The translations under genes and the position numbers were made by a program. Positions 27,910 through 41,274 of a DNA stretch of 43,788 bases are shown here, piece after piece. The notes beneath the pieces are model-generated. The model was given only the letters and a program-made list of their open reading frames with translations, ran no database searches and was not told where the DNA came from. The first letter of the stretch is position 1. The number at the start of each line of letters is the position of its first letter. Source of the stretch: an uncultured Gammaproteobacteria bacterium. Lineage in GTDB: Bacteria > Pseudomonadota > Gammaproteobacteria > Pseudomonadales > Litorivicinaceae. Where the stretch lies: assembly GCA_913031455.1 (NCBI GenBank), contig CAJWFL010000001.1, positions 1-43,788 on the forward strand, in the 5' to 3' direction.

Positions 27910-28313
27910 CACAGATGGTTGCCTTGCTAATCGGTGCGGTCTTTGGTGGTAGTTTGTACTTAGCCGGGATGACGAATGCGTCAAAGATCCTTAATTTTCT
28001 CGATATCGCAGGTACCTGGGATCCGAGCTTGATGTTTGTGATGGGTAGCGGGATTCCGGTTGCAGCGATCGGCTTTTTCATTCTGAAAAAGCGTGAAGAG
28101 CCCCTGATTTTTGACGGAGTTCAAGTGCCGACGCATGGTGTGATCGATCAGCCTTTAGTGATCGGTAGTATTTTGTTTGGTATTGGCTGGGGCGTTTCAG
28201 GTCTTGGTCCGGGCCCAGCGTTTGCGTCTGTCCTACTTGAATCTGCGATTATCATTTCGTATTTAATTGCTTTCGTTCTCGGTAGTCTTGCTTACGATCG
28301 AATCCAGCGGTAG
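27906..28313 (+). CDS. YeeE/YedE-family (DUF6691-like) membrane protein
   Basis: [20 protein letters not shown] and [16 protein letters not shown] motifs. Confidence 0.85.
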   Translation: MTQMVALLIGAVFGGSLYLAGMTNASKILNFLDIAGTWDPSLMFVMGSGIPVAAIGFFILKKREEPLIFDGVQVPTHGVIDQPLVIGSILFGIGWGVSGLGPGPAFASVLLESAIIISYLIAFVLGSLAYDRIQR

Positions 28314-28348
28314 CGTTTGATCTTTCTGACGACTCAAAGGTTCCTCCA

Positions 28349-30586
28349 TTGGCGCTTGAATCTACCGAAGTTTTCGAACGGCTTCCTCTAAAAACATACA
28401 CTGAAAAAGCGTACCTCGATTATTCGATGTACGTTATTCTGGACCGAGCTCTTCCTCATATCGGTGATGGATTGAAACCAGTTCAACGGCGCATTGTTTA
28501 TGCGATGAGTGAACTGGGTTTATCCGCTCAATCCAAGCATAAGAAATCAGCACGAACGGTTGGTGATGTGCTCGGTAAGTTCCATCCGCACGGCGACTCC
28601 GCGTGCTATGAAGCCATGGTATTGTTGGCGCAGCCGTTCTCTACACGCTATCCACTCGTCGACGGTCAAGGTAACTGGGGTAGCCCGGATGATCCGAAAA
28701 GTTTCGCTGCAATGCGCTACACCGAGGCACGTCTGACACCCATTGCGAAAATCTTGCTCGACGAATTGGGTCAAGGGACGGTCAATTGGCAGCCGAATTT
28801 CGACGGTACCCTGAAAGAACCCAAGTTACTTCCAGCGCGTGTACCATCGATCCTCCTCAACGGAACCACGGGGATTGCAGTCGGTATGGCGACTGATATA
28901 CCGCCCCATAATTTGCGTGAAGTTGTGAACGCTGCCGCGTATCTGCTGGATAATCCTGACGCTTTGATTGGCGATTTGATGCGATTCGTCCCGGCTCCAG
29001 ATTACCCAACGACTGCAGAAATTATCTCTCCTCCTGCAGATTTGACGAAGATCTATGAGACCGGTAACGGATCGATTCGGGTGCGCGCTACCTATGTATC
29101 AGAAGATGGCGATATCGTGATTAATGCGTTACCACACCAAGCATCTCCGGCGCGTATTCTTGAACAAATTGCTGCGCAAATGCAGACCAAGAAATTACCA
29201 ATGATTGTCGATTTGCGCGATGAGTCAGATCATGAAAACCCGATTCGTCTGGTTTTAACGCCGCGCTCAAACCGTGTGAATCCCGAAGAAGTCATGACGC
29301 ACTTATTTGCGACCACGGATCTTGAGAAAACCTATCGTGTGAACTTAAACATGATCGGTGTTGACGGCCGTCCGCAGGCGAAATCACTGCGTTCAATTCT
29401 GAGCGAATGGCTTGATTGGCGTCGTCAGACGGTGACTCGACGATTAACCCATCGTCTCGATCAGGTGATGGACCGGCTTCATGTTTTAGAAGGGTATTTG
29501 GTCGGTTACCTGAATATCGACGAAGTGATTCGTATTATCCGTGAAGAGGATGAACCAAAACACGAACTCATGGTTCGATTTGGACTCAGTGACAACCAAG
29601 CGAATGCCATTCTTGATCTTCGGTTACGTCACCTGGCCAAGCTCGAAGAAGTGAAAATTCAAGCAGAGCGAAAAGAGCTTGAGAAAGAGCGCAAGTATTT
29701 GGAAGGTGTGCTCGGTTCTCGCACAAAAATGACGCGATTGATGCGAGATGAGCTCACACAAGATGCAGAGACCTATGGCGATGAGCGTCGTTCACCGATT
29801 GTCGTGAGGCAAGAAGCGCGTGCCCTTCGTGAGGATCAGTTAGTTGCCTCCGAGCCTGTGACCGTCGTGTTGAGTGATAATGGTTGGATTCGGTCTGCCA
29901 AAGGCCACGATATCGATCCTCGTGCCTTAACCTATAAATCTGGAGATCAATATCTGACTTCAGCACAGGGCCGCTCAAACCAGCCGCTCGTCGCATTTGA
30001 CACAACAGGACGTGCGTATTCGGTGCAGACACATACACTGCCATCAGCACGTAGTCAGGGGGAGCCCTTGTCCGGTCGCATTGATCTCGCTGCCGGTGCA
30101 AAAGTGACCCAGCTAGCGCTTGCCGATGAAACAACCCAATGGGTGTTGGCGACTGACTATGGGTATGGATTTATTTGCAAACACGGTGATTTGCTTGGGC
30201 GAAACAAAGCCGGTAAATCGGTCGTGAACCTGGGTGAAGCCAAATTATTGCCGCCTGCTGTGATTGGTGATACCGAGTCATCGCGTATTGCTGTTGCAGT
30301 CTCGAGTGGGCACCTATTAGTTTTCGAAGCACATGAGTTGCCGGAACTTGCCAAAGGTAAAGGGAATAAATTGGTTCAAATACCACCTGCGCTTCTCAAG
30401 GAGGGGCACCGTGTCACTGCGATCACGGTCTTACCGCCACTTCGATCGCTTCGCGTCATTGCGGGTAAGCGGCATGTCACGTTGTCCCCATCAGATCTTG
30501 AGAACTTTGTTGGAGAGCGCGCACGTCGTGGGAAACTCCTGCCGCGCGGATTTCAACGAGTGGACGCACTTGAGGCGGAATCGTGA
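28349..30586 (+). CDS. parC: DNA topoisomerase IV subunit A
   Basis: [38 protein letters not shown]. Confidence 0.97.
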   Translation: MALESTEVFERLPLKTYTEKAYLDYSMYVILDRALPHIGDGLKPVQRRIVYAMSELGLSAQSKHKKSARTVGDVLGKFHPHGDSACYEAMVLLAQPFSTRYPLVDGQGNWGSPDDPKSFAAMRYTEARLTPIAKILLDELGQGTVNWQPNFDGTLKEPKLLPARVPSILLNGTTGIAVGMATDIPPHNLREVVNAAAYLLDNPDALIGDLMRFVPAPDYPTTAEIISPPADLTKIYETGNGSIRVRATYVSEDGDIVINALPHQASPARILEQIAAQMQTKKLPMIVDLRDESDHENPIRLVLTPRSNRVNPEEVMTHLFATTDLEKTYRVNLNMIGVDGRPQAKSLRSILSEWLDWRRQTVTRRLTHRLDQVMDRLHVLEGYLVGYLNIDEVIRIIREEDEPKHELMVRFGLSDNQANAILDLRLRHLAKLEEVKIQAERKELEKERKYLEGVLGSRTKMTRLMRDELTQDAETYGDERRSPIVVRQEARALREDQLVASEPVTVVLSDNGWIRSAKGHDIDPRALTYKSGDQYLTSAQGRSNQPLVAFDTTGRAYSVQTHTLPSARSQGEPLSGRIDLAAGAKVTQLALADETTQWVLATDYGYGFICKHGDLLGRNKAGKSVVNLGEAKLLPPAVIGDTESSRIAVAVSSGHLLVFEAHELPELAKGKGNKLVQIPPALLKEGHRVTAITVLPPLRSLRVIAGKRHVTLSPSDLENFVGERARRGKLLPRGFQRVDALEAES

Positions 30587-31440
30587 GACTTCTTTGGTTT
30601 GTCAGTGATGCGATCCATCGTGAGGCACTCGACGCAGCCTTGTGTGATGCGCATTTGAGTAATGACGAAAACCACCATCGTCGACCTCAGGATTTATTGG
30701 TTCCACCGACCTGTGATTGCATCGAAATGTTGATCGATACAATGGACGAAAGCCTCCTCGCAGCGCATGCTGACGAAGCCAATACTGATTATTTATTTGT
30801 TCGCGAGGAGCGCCCGAAACTCGCTTTATTCGACATGGATTCGACACTGATTCAGCAAGAAGTGATCGATCAACTTGCAGCTGCGTTCGGTTTAGGCGAC
30901 CAGGTGTCGGCAATTACTGAACGCGCGATGCGTGGCGAGCTCGATTTTATCGAGAGTTTCACAGAGCGTCTGGGACTCTTGTCAGGGCTCGCCGAGTCAG
31001 AACTCGATGTTGTCTATCAAGGTCTCACGCTAATGCCTGGAGCAGAGATTTTGACCGCGAACTTGTCTGGTGCTGGGGTGCGTTTGGGTATCGTATCCGG
31101 AGGATTCTCCTATTTTGCCGACCAAATTGGCGATCGTCTCGGCATGGATTTTGTCTTATCCAATACGCTTGAGTGTCGAGATAACCAAGTTACAGGTCGT
31201 TTGATTCAACCGATCATTGACGGATCGATGAAGGTGCAAACGCTGAATACGGAAGCCCGCGCGCTGGGCATTGATTTGGTTGAGACCTTGGCAGTTGGCG
31301 ATGGTGCCAACGACATACCGATGCTCACTGCGTCTGGAATCGGCGTTGCGCATCATGCGAAACCGAGGGTACGTGATGCGGCGAACCATTGTCTGAATCA
31401 CCACGATTTGAGTGCTTTGTCTTATCTCGTCAAATTTTGA
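30583..31440 (+). CDS. serB: Phosphoserine phosphatase
   Basis: HAD motifs FDMDSTL, VSGGF and GDGANDIPM; [12 protein letters not shown]. Confidence 0.95.
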   Translation: MRLLWFVSDAIHREALDAALCDAHLSNDENHHRRPQDLLVPPTCDCIEMLIDTMDESLLAAHADEANTDYLFVREERPKLALFDMDSTLIQQEVIDQLAAAFGLGDQVSAITERAMRGELDFIESFTERLGLLSGLAESELDVVYQGLTLMPGAEILTANLSGAGVRLGIVSGGFSYFADQIGDRLGMDFVLSNTLECRDNQVTGRLIQPIIDGSMKVQTLNTEARALGIDLVETLAVGDGANDIPMLTASGIGVAHHAKPRVRDAANHCLNHHDLSALSYLVKF

Positions 31441-31511
31441 TTGCCAGATGCGTCTTCTGGTCAGTGTTGGTAAACTCGCCGCTCTTTTACTGAATCTAAG
31501 GACGGAAGGTG

Positions 31512-33762
<2,251 letters not shown>

Positions 33763-33767
33763 ACTCT

Positions 33768-33786
33768 ACGGGTGAAATTCGCCCGT
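33768..33786 (+). terminator. Hairpin just after purA (possible terminator or processing signal)
   Basis: ACGGGTG-AAATT-CGCCCGT stem-loop 5 nt after the purA stop. It lacks a proper U tract. Confidence 0.35.
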
Positions 33787-33811
33787 TATAAACAACAAAA
33801 ATTAATAGATA

Positions 33812-33875
33812 GACCGTCGTGGGTGGAAACGCCCAACCTTAGGGACCGCGGAGGATGATTGGTCCCACGACCGTC
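33812..33875 (+). other. Putative structured 5' leader of hfq
   Basis: Outer stem GACcGTCGT/ACGACcGTC encloses the hairpins GGGTG-GAAA-CGCCC and GGGACC-N13-GGTCCC. Confidence 0.55.
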
Positions 33876-33893
33876 CGGTATCGGGAGGTAACT

Positions 33894-34160
33894 ATGTCAA
33901 AGGGGCATTCACTGCAAGACCCTTTCTTGAATATTCTTCGCAAGGAACGCGTTCCTGTTTCGATCTTTTTGGTCAACGGAATCAAGCTCCAGGGCCAGAT
34001 TGAGTCATTCGATCAATTCGTTGTTCTTTTAAAGAACACCGTCAGCCAAATGGTTTATAAGCATGCGATCTCAACTGTGGTGCCTGCTCGCAATGTGAAG
34101 ATACCGGCTGCAGGCATGGAAGACGACGACGGCGATAATCGGTACGATCTCGACAGCTAA
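33894..34160 (+). CDS. hfq: RNA chaperone Hfq
   Basis: [13 protein letters not shown]...LVNGIKLQG...[10 protein letters not shown]; GGGAGG SD before ATG 33894. Confidence 0.98.
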   Translation: MSKGHSLQDPFLNILRKERVPVSIFLVNGIKLQGQIESFDQFVVLLKNTVSQMVYKHAISTVVPARNVKIPAAGMEDDDGDNRYDLDS

Positions 34161-34173
34161 AGAGGCTTAATCA

Positions 34174-34210
34174 TTGCAATAGGGTGCAGGGTCGACTAGA
34201 CTCCCGCGCC
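34174..34210 (+). promoter_or_regulatory. sigma70 promoter of the rpsF operon with GC-rich discriminator
   Basis: TTGCAA (34174-34179), 17 bp, TAGACT (34197-34202), then CCCGCGCC. Confidence 0.72.
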
Positions 34211-34233
34211 TTACTGTCTGTCGGACAGACAGT

Positions 34234-34277
34234 CTCCTTGCCATTCGGATGAGCCGGATGGCGAAACCCGTAGGGAG
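34234..34277 (+). promoter_or_regulatory. S6:S18 ribosomal protein leader RNA
   Basis: CTCCTT pairs with the SD-containing AGGGAG, the inner stem is GCCATTCGG/CCGGATGGC, and an unpaired CCG sits next to the SD. This is the architecture of the known rpsF leader. Confidence 0.78.
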
Positions 34278-34282
34278 TCACA

Positions 34283-34735
34283 ATGAACCATTACGAAATC
34301 GTTTTGCTGTTCCATCCGGATCAGTCAGAGCAGGTTCCAGCCATGATGGAGCGGTACACAAATGCCGTGACTGAAGGCAGTGGATCTGTGTATCGCTTTG
34401 AGGATTGGGGTCGTCGCCAGATGGCTTATTCGATCAATGATCTGCATAAAGCACACTATATTTTATGGAATATCGAGTGTTCTGTTGACGTTCTTGACGA
34501 ACTCACAACAACTTTCCGTTTTAATGATGCTGTGTTGCGTAACATGGTGATCAAACGGAAGGATGCCGTCACCGATATCTCTCCGATTAAAGCTGCTGAG
34601 AGTCGTCAGGATCGCGATCGTTCAGAGCGTCGTCGTGACCGCGATGCCGAGCTATCAGAGGATACTGAGGTTGAAACCGCTGAAGCTGGCGAGATCGATG
34701 ATGTTACCGATGCTGAAGAAGTAACTGAAGAGTAA
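34283..34735 (+). CDS. rpsF: 30S ribosomal protein S6
   Basis: [36 protein letters not shown]. Confidence 0.97.
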   Translation: MNHYEIVLLFHPDQSEQVPAMMERYTNAVTEGSGSVYRFEDWGRRQMAYSINDLHKAHYILWNIECSVDVLDELTTTFRFNDAVLRNMVIKRKDAVTDISPIKAAESRQDRDRSERRRDRDAELSEDTEVETAEAGEIDDVTDAEEVTEE

Positions 34736-34746
34736 GGGAGAGAGAT

Positions 34747-34977
34747 ATGTCACGTTTTTTCCGCCGTCGTAAATTCTGTCGTTTCTCTGCTGAAAATGTC
34801 GCAGAAATTGACTACAAAGATTTGGATACGTTGAAGCAGTACATTACCGAAACCGGTAAAATCGTACCGTCACGGATTACTGGAACCAGTGCAAAGTATC
34901 AGCGCCAGCTCGCTACAGCCATCAAGCGCGCGCGTTATTTGGCGTTGCTTCCATATACGGATTCGCACGATATCTAA
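34747..34977 (+). CDS. rpsR: 30S ribosomal protein S18
   Basis: [29 protein letters not shown]. Confidence 0.98.
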   Translation: MSRFFRRRKFCRFSAENVAEIDYKDLDTLKQYITETGKIVPSRITGTSAKYQRQLATAIKRARYLALLPYTDSHDI

Positions 34978-34992
34978 TTAACAGGGGATCCC

Positions 34993-35868
34993 ATGGCACG
35001 GCTGGCGCATTATTTGATGGCGTCTGAGTGGCGGGCAGCATTGATCGCATCATTGCTGCTGTTTTTACCGCTGTTGTCGTGGGCGGGCGCTTCGGTGGTG
35101 GCGTTATATGCCCTCCGTCGTGGCCTCGAGCAATCCTTAATAGTGACCGCAGTCCCGATGCTTTCCGCACTTGTGATGGCATTTGGATTCGGTGATTCAG
35201 CCATGTTGCTGGTATTGGTGATTACAGTTGTTTTGGCAGCGGTACTTCACCGAACACTGAGTTGGCGCGCAGTCCTTGTCGTTGGATTGGGTATATCGCT
35301 TGGCTTGGTGGTTTTAGTGGGCGCTCTCTATGAGGAGACGCTGAAGGGCTTAGTTGTTGCGATCAAAGAAGTGGTCGTTCCACCGGCGCAGCTCGCCACC
35401 CTTGGGGTGGATGAGGCCACAGTGGATGCATGGATGGCATCACTCTCTGTTGGCGCACTGAGCTTTTTGCATATGGTCAGCGCCTTGTTTGCGCTCACAT
35501 TTGCGCGAGCTTTACAAGCTCAAGCATACAACCCAGGTGGGTTTAAAGCTGAGTTTGAGGCGGTCATTTTGTCGCCGGTGTTTGCGGCTGGTTGTCTCGT
35601 TTTGGCAGCGACGGGGTTCTTGGTCGATCCATGGATGCTCCGGTTTTCTCCGTTGGGTGCGCTGCCATTGATGTTTGCCGGCATGGCATTGGTACATGGG
35701 CTGACGGGCATGAGAGAGTCGAAAGGACTGATCATCATGTTTTACACAGCATTGGTATTTTTTACGCCATACCTTTTATTGTTATTGGCGTTATTGGCGG
35801 TCATTGACGCATTCGTGGATTTTCGAACCCGCGCTCGTCAGGAACCTCCAGAAGATGAGGATGAATAA
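34993..35868 (+). CDS. Integral membrane protein (DUF2232/YybS-like) between rpsR and rplI
   Basis: Multi-pass hydrophobic protein with ARALQAQAYNPGGFKAEF and DAFVDFR motifs; this position is known from Pseudomonas-like genomes. Confidence 0.8.
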   Translation: MARLAHYLMASEWRAALIASLLLFLPLLSWAGASVVALYALRRGLEQSLIVTAVPMLSALVMAFGFGDSAMLLVLVITVVLAAVLHRTLSWRAVLVVGLGISLGLVVLVGALYEETLKGLVVAIKEVVVPPAQLATLGVDEATVDAWMASLSVGALSFLHMVSALFALTFARALQAQAYNPGGFKAEFEAVILSPVFAAGCLVLAATGFLVDPWMLRFSPLGALPLMFAGMALVHGLTGMRESKGLIIMFYTALVFFTPYLLLLLALLAVIDAFVDFRTRARQEPPEDEDE

Positions 35869-36315
35869 ATGGAAGTAATCTTGCTTGAAAAAGTTGGCAA
35901 GCTCGGTGGTCTTGGTGACCGTGTCACTGTGAAAGGTGGTTACGCGCGTAACTTCCTGCTCCCACAAGGCCGTGCTGTTTTGGCAAATGAAGCAAACGTC
36001 GCTGAATTCGAAATGCGTCGCGCCGAGCTTGAGAAAGCTGCAAAAGAACAATTGGATGCAGCGACAGCGCGTGCTGAGGGTTTGAACGAGAAGGTCGTTG
36101 CGATCACAGCGAAAGCTGGTGACGAAGGTAAATTGTTTGGTTCAGTTGGTACGCGTGATATTGCTGAAGCTGCTGAGGCTGCCGGTTTGACATTGGATAA
36201 GAGTGAAGTGCGTCTTCCAGAGGGTCCATTGCGCACAACCGGTGAGCACGAAGTGCAGTGTCAAGTTCACGCAGAAGTATTCGCAACCATTACAGTTACG
36301 ATTACCGGAGAGTAA
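35869..36315 (+). CDS. rplI: 50S ribosomal protein L9
   Basis: [26 protein letters not shown]. Confidence 0.98.
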   Translation: MEVILLEKVGKLGGLGDRVTVKGGYARNFLLPQGRAVLANEANVAEFEMRRAELEKAAKEQLDAATARAEGLNEKVVAITAKAGDEGKLFGSVGTRDIAEAAEAAGLTLDKSEVRLPEGPLRTTGEHEVQCQVHAEVFATITVTITGE

Positions 36316-36318
36316 TTG

Positions 36319-36894
36319 ATGGCATCGTTTTCAACCAACGAGTTCAAATCGGGCCTGAAAGTACTGATCGACGGTGATCCATGCACGATCGTTGAAAACG
36401 AGTTCGTTAAGCCAGGAAAAGGGCAGGCGTTTAACCGTGTCAAGATCAAGAACCTGAAGACAGGCCGTGTCGTCGAAAAGACTTTCAAGTCGGGAGACTC
36501 GGTTGAGGCGGCAGACGTGATTGATCTCGACATGGAGTACCTATACGCCGACGGTGAGTTCTATCACTTCATGATGACCGATGGTTCTTTTGAGCAGCAC
36601 GCTGCCGATGCAAAGGCTGTCGGTGATGCATCGAAATGGCTTAAGGAGCAAGAGACATACATCATTACGCTCTTTAACGGGGCACCGTTAGCAGTCACTC
36701 CGCCTAATCACATTGAACTAGGAGTTGTTGAGACCGATCCAGGCCTGAAAGGTGATACAGCGCAAGGTGGCTCGAAGCCTGCAACACTTTCAACAGGCGC
36801 TGTTGTGAATGTGCCATTGTTCATCGAAATCGGTGAAGTGTTGCGTGTTGATACACGGACTGGCGATTACGTCTCACGCGCCACCAAAAAATGA
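36319..36894 (+). CDS. efp: Elongation factor P (Lys type)
   Basis: [11 protein letters not shown] loop, [15 protein letters not shown]. Confidence 0.97.
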   Translation: MASFSTNEFKSGLKVLIDGDPCTIVENEFVKPGKGQAFNRVKIKNLKTGRVVEKTFKSGDSVEAADVIDLDMEYLYADGEFYHFMMTDGSFEQHAADAKAVGDASKWLKEQETYIITLFNGAPLAVTPPNHIELGVVETDPGLKGDTAQGGSKPATLSTGAVVNVPLFIEIGEVLRVDTRTGDYVSRATKK

Positions 36895-37838
36895 TGGGTC
36901 GGCCAACGGCCACAAAGACCATTCTCGAAGCCCGTGCCAGTTTACTGTCCGGGCTTCGTTTGTTTTTCGAGGCAAGACAATCACTGGAAGTCGATGTGCC
37001 AGCAATTGCTAAAGCCCCCGCATCTGACCCATGGCTTGATAGTTTTACAGTCAACGACCCTGCGGGATTGCACGTTGGCTATCTGCTCACCTCCCCGGAG
37101 ACTTATCTCAAACGATTGTTATCGGAGTACCAATGTGCGATCCATGCGATTGGTAAAGCCTACCGCGCCAATGACGAGGGATCTGAGCACGCCATCGAGT
37201 TCACAATGCTCGAATGGTATCGGCCAACGAGTATTCGTCCGTTTCAAGCCATGGTGTCTGAGATCCAGGACCTAGTGGAAACCCTGACGGAATATGGTCG
37301 ACCAGAAGTCATCGCATACAGCGATGTTTTTGAGGCAACCTACGGGTTGAATCCGCATCAAGCGACAACAGATGATCTTGCTCGATTTTCCAGTGATCTG
37401 TTGGGATCAAAAGCTGCAGCCTCTCTTGATCTTGATAGTCAACTCAACTTACTTTTCGCGACTGAAATCGAGCCACATCTCACCAATCATATTGTGATCG
37501 ATTTTCCGGCGATCCAATCAGCACTGGCGCGCATCGAACGTGACGATATTGATTCTGTGGCAAAGCGTGCGGAGTTGTATATCGCTGGCCGTGAGATCGC
37601 AAATGGTTACCACGAGCTCACGGATGCGGTTGAGCAGGCTACTCGTTTTGATGAAGACAACCGACGCCGGGAATCATTGCATCGGCCGGTTGTGCCGAGA
37701 GATGACGCGTTACTTGATGCATTGACGTCTGGTTTACCGGAGAGCTACGGTGTCGCCTTAGGTGTTGATCGATTACTTCAAGTGATGACACAGTCAAAAA
37801 CGCTCTCAGAGTGCATGACATTTACAGGACATTTATGA
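36891..37838 (+). CDS. epmA: EF-P lysine aminoacylase EpmA (GenX/PoxA)
   Basis: [42 protein letters not shown]; LysRS-like catalytic domain only; adjacent to efp. Confidence 0.93.
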   Translation: MMGRPTATKTILEARASLLSGLRLFFEARQSLEVDVPAIAKAPASDPWLDSFTVNDPAGLHVGYLLTSPETYLKRLLSEYQCAIHAIGKAYRANDEGSEHAIEFTMLEWYRPTSIRPFQAMVSEIQDLVETLTEYGRPEVIAYSDVFEATYGLNPHQATTDDLARFSSDLLGSKAAASLDLDSQLNLLFATEIEPHLTNHIVIDFPAIQSALARIERDDIDSVAKRAELYIAGREIANGYHELTDAVEQATRFDEDNRRRESLHRPVVPRDDALLDALTSGLPESYGVALGVDRLLQVMTQSKTLSECMTFTGHL

Positions 37839-38383
37839 AAGACGCGTTGAATTTAATTTGGATTGATTTGGAAATGACAGGGCTTTCACCTGAACACGAT
37901 CGAATCATCGAAATAGCGACCGTTGTGACCGATAAAGATCTGAATGTCCTTGGTGAAGGGCCCGTGTATGCAATCAGTCAACCGCAAGCGATGCTCGATG
38001 GTATGGACGAGTGGAATACTCGGCAGCATGGAAAATCAGGGCTCACCGAACGTGTGCAAAATTCCACCACAACGGAAGTCGAAGCAGAAACAAGGACCAT
38101 TGAGTTTTTAAGTGAGTTTTTGGAACCACGTCAGTCGCCAATGTGCGGGAATTCGATCTGCCAAGATAGGCGCTTTTTGGCCCGTTATATGCCAAATCTT
38201 GAGGCATTCTTTCATTATCGGAATCTCGATGTATCGACATTTAAAGAGCTCGCGCGGCGCTGGAATCCGAAAGCATCTGAGGGGCTTGTGAAATCAGGTC
38301 AGCACCTTGCACTGACTGATATCCATGAGTCGATCGACGAGCTCAAGCATTATCGCACCCACTTTCTGAAGCTCGATTCCTGA
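37835..38383 (+). CDS. orn: Oligoribonuclease
   Basis: [32 protein letters not shown]; ATG at 37835. Confidence 0.97.
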   Translation: MKDALNLIWIDLEMTGLSPEHDRIIEIATVVTDKDLNVLGEGPVYAISQPQAMLDGMDEWNTRQHGKSGLTERVQNSTTTEVEAETRTIEFLSEFLEPRQSPMCGNSICQDRRFLARYMPNLEAFFHYRNLDVSTFKELARRWNPKASEGLVKSGQHLALTDIHESIDELKHYRTHFLKLDS

Positions 38384-39434
38384 GGCGGGATACAGCCCAA
38401 TCGATATGCTCATCGAGCACAGCGCCATGCATGCCATGTTTGAGTTCTAGAATCTCAATGGTTTTCGCACGATGACTCGCGCTGTTGCCGAGTCCAATAG
38501 CGATATTTTCAAGAAACTTCACATACCCTGCGCGTCTTAGCGGATTTCCTTCAGTCTTCAGAAGAAATTCTTCTTCGGCCCATTGAAATAGATCGATCAG
38601 TGATTGGTTATCGAGCGCATGCCTTGATGCAAATACTGGATCGCCAACGGCTGCATATCGGTTCCATGGACAGACCAACTGACAGTCATCGCAACCAAAC
38701 ACACGATTACCCATGGGGGCTCTCAATTCTTCTGGAATGGGTCCTTTGTGCTCAATTGTTAAGTAACTAATACATTTGGTTGCATCGAGCTGGTAAGGCT
38801 CGGGAAACGCGTTGGTCGGACAAATATCAAGACAAGCGGTACAGGATCCGCACCGAGGTTGTTCAGTGGTTTGGGTGAGCGGCAGTGGGCAGTCTGTCAG
38901 AAGTTCGCCCAGGAAAAACCAACTGCCAGCATGACGCGATAATAATAATGTGTGCTTTCCGATCCATCCGAGGCCGGCTTTTTCAGCGAGGTGCTTTTCG
39001 AGGATGGGGGCTGAATCTGAAAAGACTCGAAATCCATGCGGTTGAATTTCCTCAGTCAGCCAGTCACCGAGGCGTCTCAAACGTTTTCGCATGAGCTTGT
39101 GATAATCGCGGCCAAGTGCATAGCGGGAAATATAGGCCTTATCGGCATCGTTCAGAACATCCAGACAGTTGGTGTTCTCAGGCAAATAGTCGAGTCGAAC
39201 GGAGATCACGCTTTGTGTACCTTCAACGAGGCGGGTGGGATCTTTTCTGAGTTCTAAATGTTGCTCAAACCATTCCATGGATCCGTGAAATCCAGATTCG
39301 AGCCAGGCGTCTAAAAAAGGAACATGTTCCGACACATTAGGATCAGTGATCCCAAGCGACGTGAAGCCGAGCTCACGCGCTTTGGCTTCAAGTTTTGCCA
39401 GAACTTCATCAGATTGGTGCCATGATTTGCTCAT
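38343..39434 (-). CDS. queG: tRNA epoxyqueuosine(34) reductase
   Basis: [52 protein letters not shown]. Confidence 0.96.
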   Translation of the reverse strand: MSKSWHQSDEVLAKLEAKARELGFTSLGITDPNVSEHVPFLDAWLESGFHGSMEWFEQHLELRKDPTRLVEGTQSVISVRLDYLPENTNCLDVLNDADKAYISRYALGRDYHKLMRKRLRRLGDWLTEEIQPHGFRVFSDSAPILEKHLAEKAGLGWIGKHTLLLSRHAGSWFFLGELLTDCPLPLTQTTEQPRCGSCTACLDICPTNAFPEPYQLDATKCISYLTIEHKGPIPEELRAPMGNRVFGCDDCQLVCPWNRYAAVGDPVFASRHALDNQSLIDLFQWAEEEFLLKTEGNPLRRAGYVKFLENIAIGLGNSASHRAKTIEILELKHGMHGAVLDEHIDWAVSRLRNRASESGCDNA

Positions 39435-39475
39435 GACCGGTACACTAACAGAGTAAACGTCAATCGGAATCCTCG

Positions 39476-39943
39476 ATGCGCATAGAATTGACCGATGAAG
39501 TGATGACTAGGAAGCTCGGAAAGGCACTCGCAAAAAGTTGCCCGCAATCTCCTTTTCTTGTCACGCTGACTGGCAACTTGGGCGCGGGCAAGAGTCATTT
39601 AGCGCGCGCGTTTCTGAAGAAGCTTGGAGTGACTGACGCAATTCCTTCGCCGACTTATACCCTTTGTGAGACTTATCCCATCAATCAGAAATTAACCGTC
39701 TCACATCTCGATTTATACCGCCTTGAGGATCCCGAGGAACTCGAGTTGATGGGTTTTCGCGATATGTTAGATGGCCAGGGTCTGCTGATCGAATGGCCAG
39801 AACGCGCAGGCCCGTTATTGCCAACTCCTGACCTAGATGTCCATTTGATTTGGCATGATGAAGGACGGATGTGCGCAGTATCTGCGAATTCTAAAAAGGG
39901 TGAACGTTGGTTGTCTGCGTTAAAGGTTCCTCAACCCGAATGA
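39476..39943 (+). CDS. tsaE: tRNA t6A biosynthesis ATPase TsaE
   Basis: GNLGAGKS, SPTYTL, HLDLYRL, IEWPE. Confidence 0.96.
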   Translation: MRIELTDEVMTRKLGKALAKSCPQSPFLVTLTGNLGAGKSHLARAFLKKLGVTDAIPSPTYTLCETYPINQKLTVSHLDLYRLEDPEELELMGFRDMLDGQGLLIEWPERAGPLLPTPDLDVHLIWHDEGRMCAVSANSKKGERWLSALKVPQPE

Positions 39944-41265
39944 TTCGATTTTTCATCACCTGCATTGCTTGTCTTATCGCTCCATTCGCTCAGGCGGTTG
40001 ATCTTCAATCCGTTCGCTCATCTGCTGATCAAGACAGTTCTCGGGTGGTGCTCGAATTTTCTGGTAAGCCACAATTTTCGCATTTCAATCTCAATAACCC
40101 CAGTCGGTTGGTACTGGATATCAGGAATTTGACCGCGAAAACGCTGTCACCACTTGATTCGATTGATGACTCACGCATCCAGCGGATCCGCAGTTCAATC
40201 CGAGGCAATGGCCGGCGTTTAGTGTTCGATTTAAGTGGCGAGTATCGGTCTCACGTGTTTACGTTGGGTCCTAAAGGACCTTATCCGCATCGTTTGGTAG
40301 TTGATGTGGTTGGTTACGTTGCTGGCGAAAAAGCATCGTCCCGATCAGCTCCACCCAATGAAACAGCAGAACCCCTAGTTGAGAAGCGCGATATCGTGGT
40401 TGCTATTGATCCTGGTCACGGCGGTAAAGATCCGGGTGCATCGTCGTATGGGGTGGTTGAGAAGCAGATTGTTTTACAGATCGCTAAGCGACTAGCCAAG
40501 CGATTTCAGAGCGAGCCTGGGTATCGCGCCGTCTTGACCCGTGAGGATGATCGATATATTCCACTGAAAGATCGGCCACGAATAGCCCGAGAAGCAGGTG
40601 CTGATTTCTTTATTTCGATTCATGCAGACAGTTTTCCTAAAAATCGCAATGTGCGGGGTACAGGCGTCTACGCGCTGTCATTGAGGGGCGCGAATTCTGA
40701 ATTATCACGGTGGTTACAGAATACTGAAAATGCAGATGACCTTGCCGGTGGGGTGGATTTGGGTGATGTCGACAACGACACACGTCAAGTGTTGCTGAAT
40801 ATGTCAATGGAGTCAGCCATTCGCATTTCAAAGCAAGCTGGTGAAGGTGTGTTAAGCGATTTAAAAGATGCGGGTCGAGTGCATAAAAAGCGTTTGGGCT
40901 TGGCTAATTTTGTGGTGCTTCGAAGCCCTGACATTCCATCGCTGCTGATTGAGACAGGTTTTCTGTCAAATCGGTCCGATGCGAAGCGTTTGTCGATTTC
41001 TCGTGAGCAAGAAAAGATTGCTGCAGCAATCTTTGAAGGAATTAAGCGATATTTCGAAAAGAGTCCACCGGCAAACACCTTCGTTGCTTGGCGCAAACAA
41101 AATGCCGATCAACGGATGATCATTGAGGTGAAACGCGGTGACACGTTATCAGAAATCGCCGCGCGGTACGGCTTATCCCTGCAGGCATTAAAAGAACTCA
41201 ATGGGCTGGAAACGAACGTGATTCATTTAGGCCAAAAGCTAGAGGTCCCGGGTTCCTCGCGGTAG
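39940..41265 (+). CDS. amiB: N-acetylmuramoyl-L-alanine amidase (AMIN + Amidase_3 + LysM)
   Basis: Signal peptide, NPSRLVLD, IDPGHGGKDPGA, SIHAD, IETGFLSN, C-terminal LysM VKRGDTLSEIA; tsaE-ami-mutL synteny. Confidence 0.92.
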   Translation: MIRFFITCIACLIAPFAQAVDLQSVRSSADQDSSRVVLEFSGKPQFSHFNLNNPSRLVLDIRNLTAKTLSPLDSIDDSRIQRIRSSIRGNGRRLVFDLSGEYRSHVFTLGPKGPYPHRLVVDVVGYVAGEKASSRSAPPNETAEPLVEKRDIVVAIDPGHGGKDPGASSYGVVEKQIVLQIAKRLAKRFQSEPGYRAVLTREDDRYIPLKDRPRIAREAGADFFISIHADSFPKNRNVRGTGVYALSLRGANSELSRWLQNTENADDLAGGVDLGDVDNDTRQVLLNMSMESAIRISKQAGEGVLSDLKDAGRVHKKRLGLANFVVLRSPDIPSLLIETGFLSNRSDAKRLSISREQEKIAAAIFEGIKRYFEKSPPANTFVAWRKQNADQRMIIEVKRGDTLSEIAARYGLSLQALKELNGLETNVIHLGQKLEVPGSSR

Positions 41266-41274
41266 CATGACGTC

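Noticed and set aside
33812-33875. c-di-GMP-I or another known riboswitch, because of the GAAA tetraloop
   Set aside because: I could not find the GCAAA/GGGACGCAAAG-type conserved core, so it is reported only as an unassigned structure.
33855-33893. N-terminally extended Hfq starting at ATG 33855
   Set aside because: GGAGG abuts that ATG with no spacer and both lie within a hairpin loop. ATG 33894 has a well-spaced SD and the conserved MSKG start.
34600-34735. Imperfect repeats at the 3' end of rpsF
   Set aside because: They encode the low-complexity Arg/Asp/Glu tail of S6, a variable feature of this protein, and are not a DNA repeat element.
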